The translations under genes were made by a program, and so were the position numbers. A stretch of 64,000 nucleotides of DNA, taken from NCBI GenBank assembly GCA_964016885.1, contig OZ024746.1:44268001-44332000 (forward strand). The letters are read 5' to 3'. Of this stretch, positions 45,073 to 57,500 are shown one piece after another. The notes below the pieces were generated by a model, which worked only from the letters and a program-made list of their open reading frames with translations, was not told where the DNA came from and searched no databases. Numbering within the stretch: position 1 is the first letter of the stretch; every line of letters begins with the position of its first letter. This DNA is from Eledone cirrhosa. Lineage: Eukaryota.

Positions 45073-45103
45073 ATAATAACGATAAAACTGGCCAGTACCA
45101 AAT

Positions 45104-46930
45104 TTACTGTCTAAGTCTTTTTAGATGATTTAGGACAATTTTGATGTTCTGAATCCCAAAACCACATTGGTTTTGCTCAACCAGGTCAACTTTTTGATGC
45201 ATCACCACATTTATTTTTTACGATTTTGCTTACATGTACAGGTATTTTCTATTTATATAATGCAAAATTATTTGTTATTTCTTTAAATAAACGAATTCTG
45301 AAGAGTTTACATGCACCAATTTTGGATTAACCGGTATTTTTCTTTTGCAGGTGAATGAAATGGATTCGGCCAGAAGATCTTGCAAAAATAAGCCTAATGT
45401 ATTCTGGTACATCAGCGGCGAATACACCGTTGTTCCTAACAGGAATTCAGTCACAAGTTTCATAAAACATGTTTACCATGCTTATTTTGGTATGAAACCT
45501 GGTGACAAAGATAAAGCTTGGGCGTCACACATGGTATGTAAATCATGCACTGGATATCTGCGTCGTTGGACCAAGGGCAAGAAGAGTTGTCTGAAGTTTG
45601 GAATTCCCATGGTTTGGAGGGAGCCGATAAACCATGGCACTGACTGCTACTTCTTTGTTATTGATTTGACTGGGATCAACAGAAAGAACCGGAGCAGCCT
45701 CAAGTATCCTGATGTTGAATCAGCACGTCATCCTATAGTTCAGGGTCAGGAAATTCCAGCACCTGTCTTTGGAGAGCCTCCTGACATTAGTGACAAAGAT
45801 TCCTCCAGTGTTGAAGAAAATGAAGAAAAAGAAGTGGTTCTTGACGATGATGCTTCACAATCTTTTTTCCAAAGGAGCTAAATTATCTAGTTCAGGATCT
45901 CAGCTTGTCAAATTCCTCTGCCGAACTGTTGGCATCCAGATTGAAGGAAAAACACGCTGTCCCTGACAGTGTTCGCATCACCTTCCACAGTAACAGACAT
46001 CAGGAGTACTTCCGTTTTATCTCAGAAGAGAAGGTCTTGGTATACTGTACAGATATTGCGCAGCTTCTGCACAAGCTTGGTGTGCCACAGTACCAGCCCG
46101 AAAATTGGAGACTTATTCATTTACAGCAGAAAGCGTTGAAATGTGTTCTGTTGCCTCAACGGCAACCAGTTTGCCTTTTTACTCCTCGCCTACTCGACTA
46201 CACTGAAGGAGAAATATGTGCTGGAGAAAATTCTCTATTTTCAGCATGAGTGGTTGACTTTTGTTGACCTGAATATGGTGAACCTTTTGGGGGACAACTG
46301 CCCAGGTTTACCAAGTATCCGTGCTTTCTGTGCATGTCGGATAGTAAGGACCAAGCTCAGCATTACACGAAGAAGGACTGGCCTGTATGGGAAGAATTGG
46401 TGCCTTTCAGAGCAAGTAACATCATAAACAACCCTCTGGTGGATACCCTTCCCACCACTGCACATCAAGCTCGGCTTGATCAAACAGTTCACCAAAGCTC
46501 TGGACTTGTATGGTGGCTGCTTCGCTTACTTGTGCCACGCTTTTCCAGAATTGATGATGGAGAATTTGAAAGCTGGAACCTTTGACGTTTCTCAACTCCG
46601 TCAGCTCATTAGAGATCAAGAGTTTGAAAATTCTATGAACGAGTGGAACTGGAAGCGTGGAAGTGTTTTTGTTCTGGTCATAAAGAACTGTTTTGGCAAC
46701 AACAAGGCCAGGAACTATGCAGACCTGGTCACCAATATGCTGACTACTTTCAGATGCAATATGAGCATCAAAATGCATTACTTATTCTCACATAAGGAAC
46801 GGTTTCCTGAGAATGTGGGATCAATGAGCGACGAGCAAGGGGAGCATTTCATCACAATATGAAAGGGATGAAAACCAGGTATCAAGGACACTGGGTTGCA
46901 GTCATGATGGCTGATTAATGTTAGATTACT
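45104..46930 (+). mobile_element. Chapaev3-like (CMC superfamily) DNA transposon with frameshifted transposase (~45360-46918)
   Basis: YISGEY...AYFG.KPGDKDKAWASHMVC..C...W...FGIPMVWREPINHGTDCYF, AELLASRLKE, LPPLHIKLGLIKQF, FGNNKARNY, MSIKMHYLFSH, MSDEQGEHF, RYQGHW...MMAD, spread over several frames. Family name is from recall of these motifs. No 3' TIR seen. Confidence 0.75.
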
Positions 46931-47150
46931 CTACTACCACTGCAGCTGAGGTCAGCACCAGTCGGACAAGAACAGGGGACCAACCGACTTCTATTTCAAA
47001 CCACCAAGTAGGACAGAGAGAGAGAGAGAGAAAGCGATAAACAAAAATGTGAACTCATTTTTATATGTATGTAAACCATGATTTCTTGTACCATCCTCTT
47101 ATTAATATACACCTTATAAATGTTATTATACATTTCTAATCACATTTCCT

Positions 47151-47195
47151 GTAGCATGAAGAAGCCAAACAAATGTTGGCTGAAACCCGTAGTAC
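47151..47195 (+). ncRNA. Degenerate hammerhead motif (possible old PLE pseudo-LTR)
   Basis: gtagc-ATGAAGA-agccaa(acaaatg)ttggct-GAAA-cccg-TA-gtac. C3 replaced by A and stem I imperfect. AATAAA lies ~20 nt downstream. Confidence 0.45.
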
Positions 47196-47229
47196 GATAA
47201 ATTCCTTTTTTGTAAATAAATATTTTGCC

Positions 47230-47373
47230 GTTATTTTATGAAAAAATCCCATTAGCCTTTTCTACTAATATATATATATAAATCTAGAATGTTGAGAAGT
47301 GACGCTCGAGTTGATATATATTAATAAAATAAGAACAGTAGAAAATGGTAATAGGATTTTTTCATAGAATAAC
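47230..47373. repeat. Imperfect ~37-bp inverted repeat
   Basis: gttattttatgaaaaaatcccattagccttttctact versus agtagaaaatggtaataggattttttcatagaataac. Confidence 0.7.
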
Positions 47374-48237
47374 ATTCATGTGTGTGTGTGTGTATATATA
47401 TATACATATCCGAGACCCCCAGTAGACAACTGTTCTTGCTTTCTTCGTATTCCCACTGCATTTTAAGTTACCTTAAATAGCAACTACACAGCCATTTCTA
47501 TTCTGTCTCTCTTTAATTATATAACTCCAAATCGCTGAATGGTAAGTATATATACTGGAATCACATACTAAAAGAGAGAAATATTGATATTTGAAGCCTT
47601 ATGCAAGGCACATTGTATATTGAATTTCCGAACACCATGTAGTTTCTGACTAAGTGAAAGCAATATAAATTATATAATTGACCAGGCAAGTGTATACGAA
47701 TAAATATTTTGCCTACTTTAACACTCGAGATTACTATATAAATAGTCATCTAATATGGCAAATTCAGCCAGCTTGCAATACTTAATTACAATGTCCTTTG
47801 ATACTCTGATTGTAAAATGTCTTTTGTACTCAATGTGATATATAACTACAGTTAAAGCTTTACATAATGCAGAACTAATAAATGTAGTAAAGTAAATTCA
47901 AAGATATTGTCTTCCATGCCAATGACACTAAATTTATTGTACTTCTCTAAACACACAGACCATGATAAAAGAAAGAAATGCAAACATTTGAAGATAATTA
48001 AATTCGCTAGAATAAAACATTGTTTATAAAGAAAAGGGGATATTTTCTAAACAACGTTATCGCATAAAGCAAGATTTTTTATTGCCTAGATGAATGGCTT
48101 AACATACCAAGAATTAAATAGAAATTCTTTTCTATGATTATCACATATAGGTTTCAGAAACTGCTATTGTTTAGTACAATGCTCATTCTAATTTATATAG
48201 ATGGCATCATAATAATTTCTAGGTTTTCTTTTATAAT

Positions 48238-48427
48238 TATTGTTTCTACTTTTGGCACAAGGCCAGCAATTATCCAGAGCATTACTGGTACTTTATTTTA
48301 TCGACCCCGTAAGGATGATGAAAAGAAAAGTTAACCTCGACGGGATTTGAACTCAGACCGTAAAGGGACGTAACTATGCTGGAAAGCATGGCGTCCGACC
48401 TTCTACCGATACTGCCAAATCACCACC
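48238..48427 (-). mobile_element. SINE copy
   Basis: Full family consensus, flanked on both sides by ttttcttt(t)ataattat. Confidence 0.88.
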
Positions 48428-48739
48428 ATTTTCTTTTATAATTATGAAAGGCAAATGGTGATTAATATATATTTATTTGATGATTCACACGCTACCAATG
48501 TTAAGTTTATTAAAACTGACGTTTTAGAAATACGTATCTTCAATTTGCATTCATTCAGCAAATGATTATTCAAACCCATTATGCCCGCGCGCTTCATCCA
48601 CAGCGCTTTCTCTCAGTCAAATAATTGCATATATCATATCTTAATATAAAAATGCTTCTTTTAGCAAGAAAGAAAGCTCTTTATATCTGGTAGTAGAGGA
48701 TTTGCTAATACGACTTTTATACACTTTTTGCTGTTCCTT

Positions 48740-48818
48740 CTTATGAGGTCGATAAAATAAAGTACCAGTATGTACGGGGATAATTGCTGGCCTTGTTCCA
48801 AAAGTAGAAACAATTATT
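48740..48818 (+). mobile_element. SINE 3' fragment
   Basis: ggtcgataaaataaagtaccag...aattgctggccttg..ccaaaagtagaaacaattatt. Confidence 0.8.
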
Positions 48819-49190
48819 ATCGTCTGGGATGCCACTTGCAGCGACACATTCTCCAGCGGCAACCTAGTGCAGTCTGCGACTCACCCAGGTTCTGCTTCAC
48901 TTCGGGCTGAGGAGGGTAAACTCTCCAAGTATCGATCGCTGTCCGACAGGTTTGCAGTCAAGCCCCTAGCAGAGGAGACTTCTGCTGACCTTGGACCTAG
49001 GGCTACCTCCCTACTTACCACAATAGGCGCTGAGCTGGCTAGCCGCAGTTGTAAGCCTCGCGAGACGGAATGTCTCTTACAGCGCATTTCCTTTACCATC
49101 CTCCAGGGAAACGCCTTCTCCATTCTGTTCACCGTGGCCGTGGGGGAGCCAGCACGTGGGACTCCATTTGCTCACTATACAGATATATAG
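48819..49190 (+). pseudogene. 3' fragment of an RLE-type non-LTR retrotransposon (CRE-like restriction-like endonuclease)
   Basis: IVWDATCSDT...AEEGKLSKYRSL...PLAEETSADLG...PRETECLLQRISFTILQGNAFSIL matches the WDxT...AExxKxxKY...ETxG...QRxSxxxQxGNA C-terminus. GC-rich island. Confidence 0.75.
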
Positions 49191-50741
49191 GAAGGGTAAG
49201 AGAGATGGAGGTGATGACAGTAGGAGTTCGGCTCCTCTGTGTTCGGACTTGGTGTGCAGCGTCAGTTGTCCGTAAGGAGGTAGTGATTCATCTACTATTA
49301 TCTAGGGTGCTAGTTTCAATTTATTAATATTCCTTTTCTATATGTAACATTGATATTAACCGTTTTAATAACTCGAATGAAACACACTTTTATACATTCT
49401 AGGTGAGTTTTCTTAAAATGAATATAGTGTTATCCCACACCCTGAACTCAAAATAGCAATTTCTGAATTTAATTAAAACGTCAACTCAAAATAATCTCAA
49501 CAGTAACTGTGTCATGCTCAGTTAGCATTTACATAAAACAATTTAAGAATATATTTTAAATGCACACGACTTTTAGCATATTTTGTATTGCTCTAAATCG
49601 TAAATTTTTTTCATCGGAGATATAAATATCAATGGGATTATAATCATAGTATATTGAGAATAAATCAACTGTTGATAATCTAGCAGTAAGTATTCATTGC
49701 TTTTCTGTTATATTCATACAACATAACTAAATATATAAAATAATATTGATGTAATAAAAATTAAATACAATTAAATTGAAGCATATAATGTGAATGAGAT
49801 AAAGAGTTTGTTTTCCTATGCAGTCGTAAGTATTTAAATATGCTACCCTTCGAAATATTAAAATCTCACATCACTGTGTAAATATCTTAAACATAGCACT
49901 TTCCTGATTTGAAAGTTAATGTATGCGCCATAGGGCAAAGCAAAACGTAATCTCCAGCTGCTCTAAATCTATGCACGGATTGGTTTTTTAAATCTTACAA
50001 TCTGCTTCTGATACAAACATTTTGTGGTCCAGTACCTACATAAGTAATTCTTATTGGTCGAATAAAAATTCATTATAAATCTCCTCGGGGACTTGAAAAT
50101 CTAGCCGACATTTTCGAAGTATAAAGCTAGAGTGTAGAATTCAATCTATGTGTGAGGTTATATCTGTTATTGTTTTCAGAAGAAGTCTACTTTTGAGAAT
50201 GAGATATTGATGCCTTCTGGATATATGGAGTTGTTTACATAATTTTCAGTACATAAAATTAGTAAAGTGAAAATGTGAAAATAATAAAGAACAATAAAAC
50301 AGTATTAAAGGATTTCAATATTTTTTATAAAATTAGAACAGGAATACGTATTACCGACATTAATGATATTCACGCTGCTTTGGAAACCTTGAAAATAAAA
50401 ATCATTATTGAAAAATAAAATGAGAAACATCTAATAATTAAAGATTTATTGTAATAGAGTTTATTTAGTTTTAAATTTTATTAATTGAGTTTCTTAACAA
50501 TAGCAGAATATACTCGAAATGACAGAATAATTTAATTAATAGCAACATCACCTGATATATAATATTTCATGGTAACTGTTTCTATTAATTGCGATCACAC
50601 GATTGTTATAACACAAAAGAACAAATCTGAATAGATATATTGACATTAAATATAACTGAAACATATTAACACACTTATTAAAATAGTAACAAAAACACAA
50701 ATTATAGACCACTATTTTGGACTTCTATTATTAAGATTATT

Positions 50742-50853
50742 TAGTTCAAATCCCGCCAAGGTTAACTTTGCCTTTCATCCTTACGGGGTCGATAAAATAA
50801 AGTACCAGTAATACACTGGAATAATTGCTGGCCTTGTGCCAAAAGTAGAAACA
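50742..50853 (+). mobile_element. 5'-truncated SINE with TSD
   Basis: Starts at box B. TSD attattaagattatt at 50727 and 50854. Confidence 0.85.
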
Positions 50854-53800
50854 ATTATTAAGATTATTGAGTGAAGGAATGTATTCAGTTAATCGGTGCT
50901 TTTAATATATTCTATGCAACTCTCAATTTGGATGCTCGATCCAGGAGAAATGAAAAACGAATTTAATCGTGTTGGGAAAGGAGCTCAGAAACATGCAGTT
51001 CAGAGAAAGATATAAATCATCTATTCTGATGAGTTAGGCTGATTCGTATGCTAGAAAAAACAAGTTACGATAAGAGATTGACTGCACAACAACAAAAAAA
51101 CATTTAACTGTTCATTGTGTACACCAGTCATACACGCACACGCACACGCATAGAGAGAGAGGGAGAGAGAGAGATAGAGAGGGGGGGGGGGAGAATATAC
51201 TCACATACACAATAAAAAAGTTAATTGCTCTCTAGTAGACCGATGTCCCGATAAATTAATTGATTTCTATAATAGATACACTAACGAAGTTATTTATAGT
51301 GGGTAATTACTTAATTGATAGATAAAATAATAGTTATATGATAATCAAGCTGACCAGCACATGTCAACTTTAACCTTTACACAATATGTTAAATAAGTTC
51401 TGGGTAGATCTTTTGCTGAGTATGGCAATAGAAAACACATTAAAAGCTATATATAGTAATCATGTAAAAACGTAGTGAAAACTGTATTTCACCAGATCAG
51501 CTGTGTTCTCATCTGGAACATTTACTCATCAAGCAATTATTATTATGTTACTATTTTATAACTTCAACCAAATTGTATTTGCCATAATCTACTAAATATA
51601 GATAAAAGAAAGAACCTTATTAAATTTAAAAGCACTATCGATATCAAGATCACCAAAACAATTGGACCAAAAGAAAACTCTCAATTAACCCTACTACCAA
51701 CGTAAAATTTTCACAATGATATCAACAACATTATATAGCATAACACCATTTCCACCTTGTATTATCATCATTAACAGAATCATTATCAGCAATGTCTCGA
51801 TCAATCAGCACAAAAGCAGCATCAGAATCGCAGAGGTATAGAAGTGTAACGGATTGTGTTCCGAAAGACTGGTAATTCTTACTCCTTCAATGATACTGCA
51901 TTGTAAAGTTTATAAGAAAGTTAACAGTTCTTGGCTCTATTTCCTTAATGTAATAATTACTTTGAGTTAGTAGATTTCAATGTTACTATCTAGAGGAATT
52001 GTCTATAATTAACAATGTTATATTAAATTGTTATAGTCAGAACATGTCTGCGTGAGGTCTTGATTATAATAGAAACTTACAATCTACGACCCTGTTTCAT
52101 AAATTCGATCATTATCACGCTAAATTAAAAATCGACTTAAAGGAGCAACAGTTGCATATATATAATAATTACAAAACTGGTTACTTTACAAGTGTTCCCC
52201 TGAAGATCATTTGAGAAACAAGACGGAACTATACATTATTAGATCTATCGATAAGATTTAAAAAAGAACATGTCACCGACATAACCGTTAGCAACAATAA
52301 CAACAACAACAACAACCCATGCTACATTTGTAACTGTTATAACAGGAATGTTCTGGGCAGTGACATCAATAGGGATATGTCAACAATAAAAGTGCAATAT
52401 TTACCATAATAAGAGTGCAGCAACAAGAGAAACAGCAGCACAACCAAATACAATCACAACAGCAGCATTTACGAGGCAATGAATTATCTCTTTTTGTAAT
52501 TTATTTTCTTTCATCCTTTCACTAATGATTCTATAGAGTTGTGTACATGAAATATTAGATATTTAATGTTCGCTTGCCATATGAATGGAACTTACCGATT
52601 ACAAAGTAAAGATTAACGTTTGATCTTTACATTTGTTATTTTACGATCGTATCCAAATAATTCTAATTTTCTATTAGTTTTATTGAATCCTGAATAAGAA
52701 GGAAATTTGTATAATGTTTATGTATGAATTCAAATTTAGTAACAAAGAGAAACAGTTCTGCTTCCTAATATCAATGATGCATGGTTGATGAAGGTACTGT
52801 AAATGAAAGGAAAATGTTACATTAGCTAGAGAAATTTCGCTTCGAAGAGAGAAGACACGAATAGAAACCATATAAACTAGCAAAGCCTACAGAAGATGAT
52901 AGCTGTTGAAAGTGTTAATTGAATAGAATGCATGTCACATTATATAAAAGTTTGCAAGGAACCAGTTTCAGAAATATTTGATATGATTCATCTCTTTATA
53001 AAATCACAAAGACATTACATCCGAGATATATATATAGACTGTTCGACTGCCTTGCTCTCTATCTACGTAGTCGACAAGTGCACACACATAAAGAGATACA
53101 GAAGTTAAAATTATTTCCATATTATCGAATTGATTATTTAATAAATAAAAACGCATATACTCAGAAACTTATACTGCTCTCACGCTTGGAAGGCATAGAC
53201 TATAAATCCAACCTTCATTCCTTTAAACGAGAAGTTGATCCTCAATTCTTGGGTACTAACATATTTACTATGAGATGCATAACAAAGTTCCTAGTTAAAA
53301 TATTTAGCTCAAAATATTCACTAGATATCTTTTCTTTTGACATTTATCAACATAACTTTCTTCTCACTATGATACAATTAGTATTCTTATTATGGTACGT
53401 GATTATATCGCTTATATTATAGCCTGTGAAGTAGAAGATTGTTTTTCTTTCCTTTAAATGTGTCTTTCGTGCATTCGTTCTTTCAGTTACTTTCATCATT
53501 TGTAGACATCTCATTGCTCCTAAAGTACTCTGCTTAAATGTGAATACTAGATTGTAAAGACAATATTTGTGATTTTACAAAATGGCAATGCCGATCGCAA
53601 ACTCTAGAGAAATTCTTACCTTTGCAAAACAATATATTCTAAGGGGTTGTGAATAGTATATCATTGTCTGATATAAGAAATTAGAATGAAATCGATCGTC
53701 TTCCCGAGAAACAGGTTTGTTTGTGTAACAGTAAGACTGGACTGTGTAATTGATAATACATTACTCTTGGTAAATAGTTAGCACAATCAAGTCAATGTCT

Positions 53801-54346
53801 CGCCGAGGACAATGAATGTAAACAATTCTTTCATGCGGTATTTGACAGGTTAGTATTAAATTAGATGACAGGCGTATTCGTAAATCAACAACATACTAAA
53901 TGTCGTTGCATACGAATTTAACATTCCAATAAAATACGTTTCAATTAAACTTGAATCAATTTCTCAATGAGTCAAAATGCCACATTGTAACTAAACCAAC
54001 ACCACCAATATTTATTCTCCATAAGCTTTAAAAATTGGAAATTGCATGCTTTCGTCACAACTACAATTTATTTATTAGATGCGTTTTATTTGTAGTTTCA
54101 ATACCTCATATCTTTCTGGTATAGTGATGCTGTTCAATGCTGCAATAGACTTTGATATTTTAAAACACAACACATATTGTATACATATATAGTGTTTAAG
54201 GGAAATCTGGTACAAATACCTCCTAGTCTGTCATTAGTGTTTTGGAGCCAAACATGTGAGGACGTTTTCTTTTCACTATCATATTATTATATTTCCTTAT
54301 AATATCTAACGTCTCAACTTTTCGCAGTTATTATTTTAGGTTCTGC

Positions 54347-54530
54347 GGTGGATTGGCAGTATCGGTAAGGGTCGGACGCCATGCTTTGAAGCATAGAGTT
54401 ACCTCCCTTTATGACCTGAGTTCAAATCCCGCCGAGGTTAACTTTGCCTTTCATCCTTACGGGGTCGATAAAATAAAGTACCAGTAATGCACTGGAATAA
54501 TAGCTGGCCTTGTGCCAAAAGTAGAAACAA
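54347..54530 (+). mobile_element. SINE copy, 16-bp TSD
   Basis: TSD ttattttaggttctgc at 54331 and 54531. Confidence 0.9.
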
Positions 54531-57500
54531 TTATTTTAGGTTCTGCTAAAAGTAGATGAAATTGTTTGCGCTTCATAATATAATCGTTCGCACGACATCT
54601 TGGCATTGAACTCAAAAGACCATATTCCATGTATCGACCGATGAAAAATACCGTCACCATTGTTCATTGTGTCATACAAAAAACATCAGCGGGAATACTA
54701 GCATGTTAAACTTGGTATTCAATTTTAAATTGACAAACGGTGTCATTAAATTGACAAACGGACATTCTGTCACAATTCTTAAATTGTATCTTGTTGATTA
54801 TACAGATTGTTTTAATTGAGTGTTGTTATCCACATGCATTGCAGCATTGGTAGTATTCATTTGCCACCCTGTCTCGTTAACTGTCAAACTGTGTTTGTAG
54901 GAATTAATATTTTCAAAGCAGTATAGTGTACATGAAACATAGTGGAATATAGAGTTAGGTTTATTTGGGGAAAGTTGCTACAATGTAAGTTTGAAATATA
55001 AGAATGAACACTAATATAGTGTAACATATGAAAGAATAAAACAACAGTTTACATTTATGTTTAATATTTCTGAGTTGAAAGGAACGAAGTGGAGTGTGTT
55101 GTTGATGACGAGTGGAGATTTTCTATTAAAAAGGATACATTTCTGTTACTTTTCTTAACTTTATTTGACGTTGAATTGTATAACTTTACTCCTTTGCTAG
55201 GGAAAAGTACTTTGAATTTAATTGCTTATAATGATTGTTAAAATTTACATGATCGTGAATATTTATCTTCATTGACGGGGAGTTGATGCTAAATCCAAAA
55301 ACGTAATTTACTACTCTGGATCATCTTCCAGCTTTGTATATTGAGAGTAAGGATCATAGGTATTAATAATTTTTGGAAAGGCCCATTGGCGATTGAGTAT
55401 GTGGTAGCTTCATTTCAAGTAATTTGAGACATTCAGTCCTAAGAAATCTTTCTTTTAGTTTGATAAATTTTTCCGTAACATATTCAGAGATGAACGCCGC
55501 AACAGGTTTCGAGTTTATGATATATGATCAGATACAATCTGATGATGAAAGTAAATAATTTTCTCCTCTATTCAGTGTTTCTAACCATCATCTCTCCAAA
55601 AGTGTTGATAGCACAGATAGTATTTTCACTGGCAAGATGACATTTTTAAATGTTGTCAAAATATGCATTATTCTTTTGAAAGCCCTTTAAGCATACAGTT
55701 TTCCTGTGATCTATCTCCAAATATTTGTTTAACTCCTGCTTTGCCTATTGTCTTTTGAATGGTCTGTTTGCCTCATTTTACGCTTACATTCTTGCACTTC
55801 CCAACTTCCTTTCGAAGAGCATCTAAATTTGCTTGCTAAACTGATTGGCAATATTGAGGAGATTCAAATTGAGGTATAATAAAGAGAATATGTTGAATAA
55901 GTTAAGTCTTCTAGTCATTTCAGCTTTTATAGTCTATTCAGGTTCTGTGGTCGAGTGATTGGCTGTGGCCATTAGAAAATGTGAATTTGTGCTTAGAACG
56001 CAATGGGTCGAACTCTTACCGTGTGCCATCTCGTTCAACGCTCTAATGATTCATCTAATCCACCACAATATATTTTATCCAAAGTTTTATGGAATCTGCC
56101 AATTCACTCTGGCTTTGCCAAACTTAAATGATTCAAGATTTTTCTAAGCCAGTCATATGAGCCTGAACCTGATTCAGAAACCTTGTGGTTGATTTAAGAA
56201 TATTCATCTGCACATCTGAAATTATTCACAATTACAATTACAGTGAAAACGACCTTCTTCTCGAAAAACAACATTGTTTGTTTATTTAAGTGTAAAATTG
56301 AATTGAATAATATATCTCCTGGTAATTAGGGAAGAGAAAGCAAAGAGCCCTCAGGCTTGACCTGTAGCCAATAATAAAATCAATAGTTTAAGAACTACAA
56401 GTAACTTTCAGGTTAAAGAATATGACCAGTTACCATGAGTAATGTTAGTAACATTTAATGAACTGACAAGGAAACACCAGCCAAAAACAGAACGGGCACC
56501 GAAGAGGAAAGCCACAGTTTATCCCCCAAATAATACAAGTAATATCAAATACGCATATACATATATACCTAAGCCTATATATTTCTTGCCAACGACACAC
56601 AAACTCCTTACAACTACATGCTATAACAGGATGGTTTCCCACTTGGAGAAACGTATTATTAGAGAGAAAGAAAGAATACCGGAAACAGACCTATGTGTGT
56701 AGAGATCAGCTAACGGTAAAGCAGGCTATTATTGAAGACAGCCAAAAAAATGCACAAACTTAAAACGGTTTGGTTTATTTACTGGAAACCTTTGATAGTA
56801 TATCCTTCACTTGAGTGCTGAATATGCTTCATGTAAATAAATCAGATCCGATACTAACGTGAATATATGAACCAGGTCATTTCAAAATGGAAAAGAACGA
56901 TACCACAGCGAGCAGTAATCTTCCGGACAGCGTCATTTTCCTTCATACATTTTCTCTAACTCATTAATTAAATATGTTACATAACACACTAATGGATATA
57001 AATGCTGCGGAAAAAAACTATAAAACATTTCTCATAAAAATATTTCCAAGATATATTACCCCGCTGAAATAGCTTCTAGAAGTTTTCAAAATTTCAGTCA
57101 AGACAATGAGTATAGGATTAGTAAATACATCATTTCTACTATAGGTTGTTGGGAATAACTGCGAATATTAAATTTCCTATAAACGCCGGAATTAGCTAAT
57201 CAAATCAGAACCAGCCTTAGACGTACTTAACGGTATATGAAACTGATAAAATACAACACAGAATTGAAAGATAAAATCTAAAAAAAAGTATTGCAAAACA
57301 CCGACTATTATTAAAAAGTTAACTCAATACTAAAAATAAGTCTATGATAAATACACCTAACTACCCCAGGTATATGGTGCTATTAACACTATTAAGGCAA
57401 TGTCATTTATTCAGAAGTGTATTTGGTTTAAATAGAAATCTGTATCCACATACACGCACTTATATCACTTTGATTATTAATGATTATATTTACTTAATTC

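Noticed and set aside
52194-52229. gttccc-CTGAAGA-tcatttga-GAAA-caag-AC-ggaac hammerhead-like match
   Set aside because: The essential U16.1 is A, stem II is marginal, and there is no PLE or TA context. Likely chance or a dead relic.
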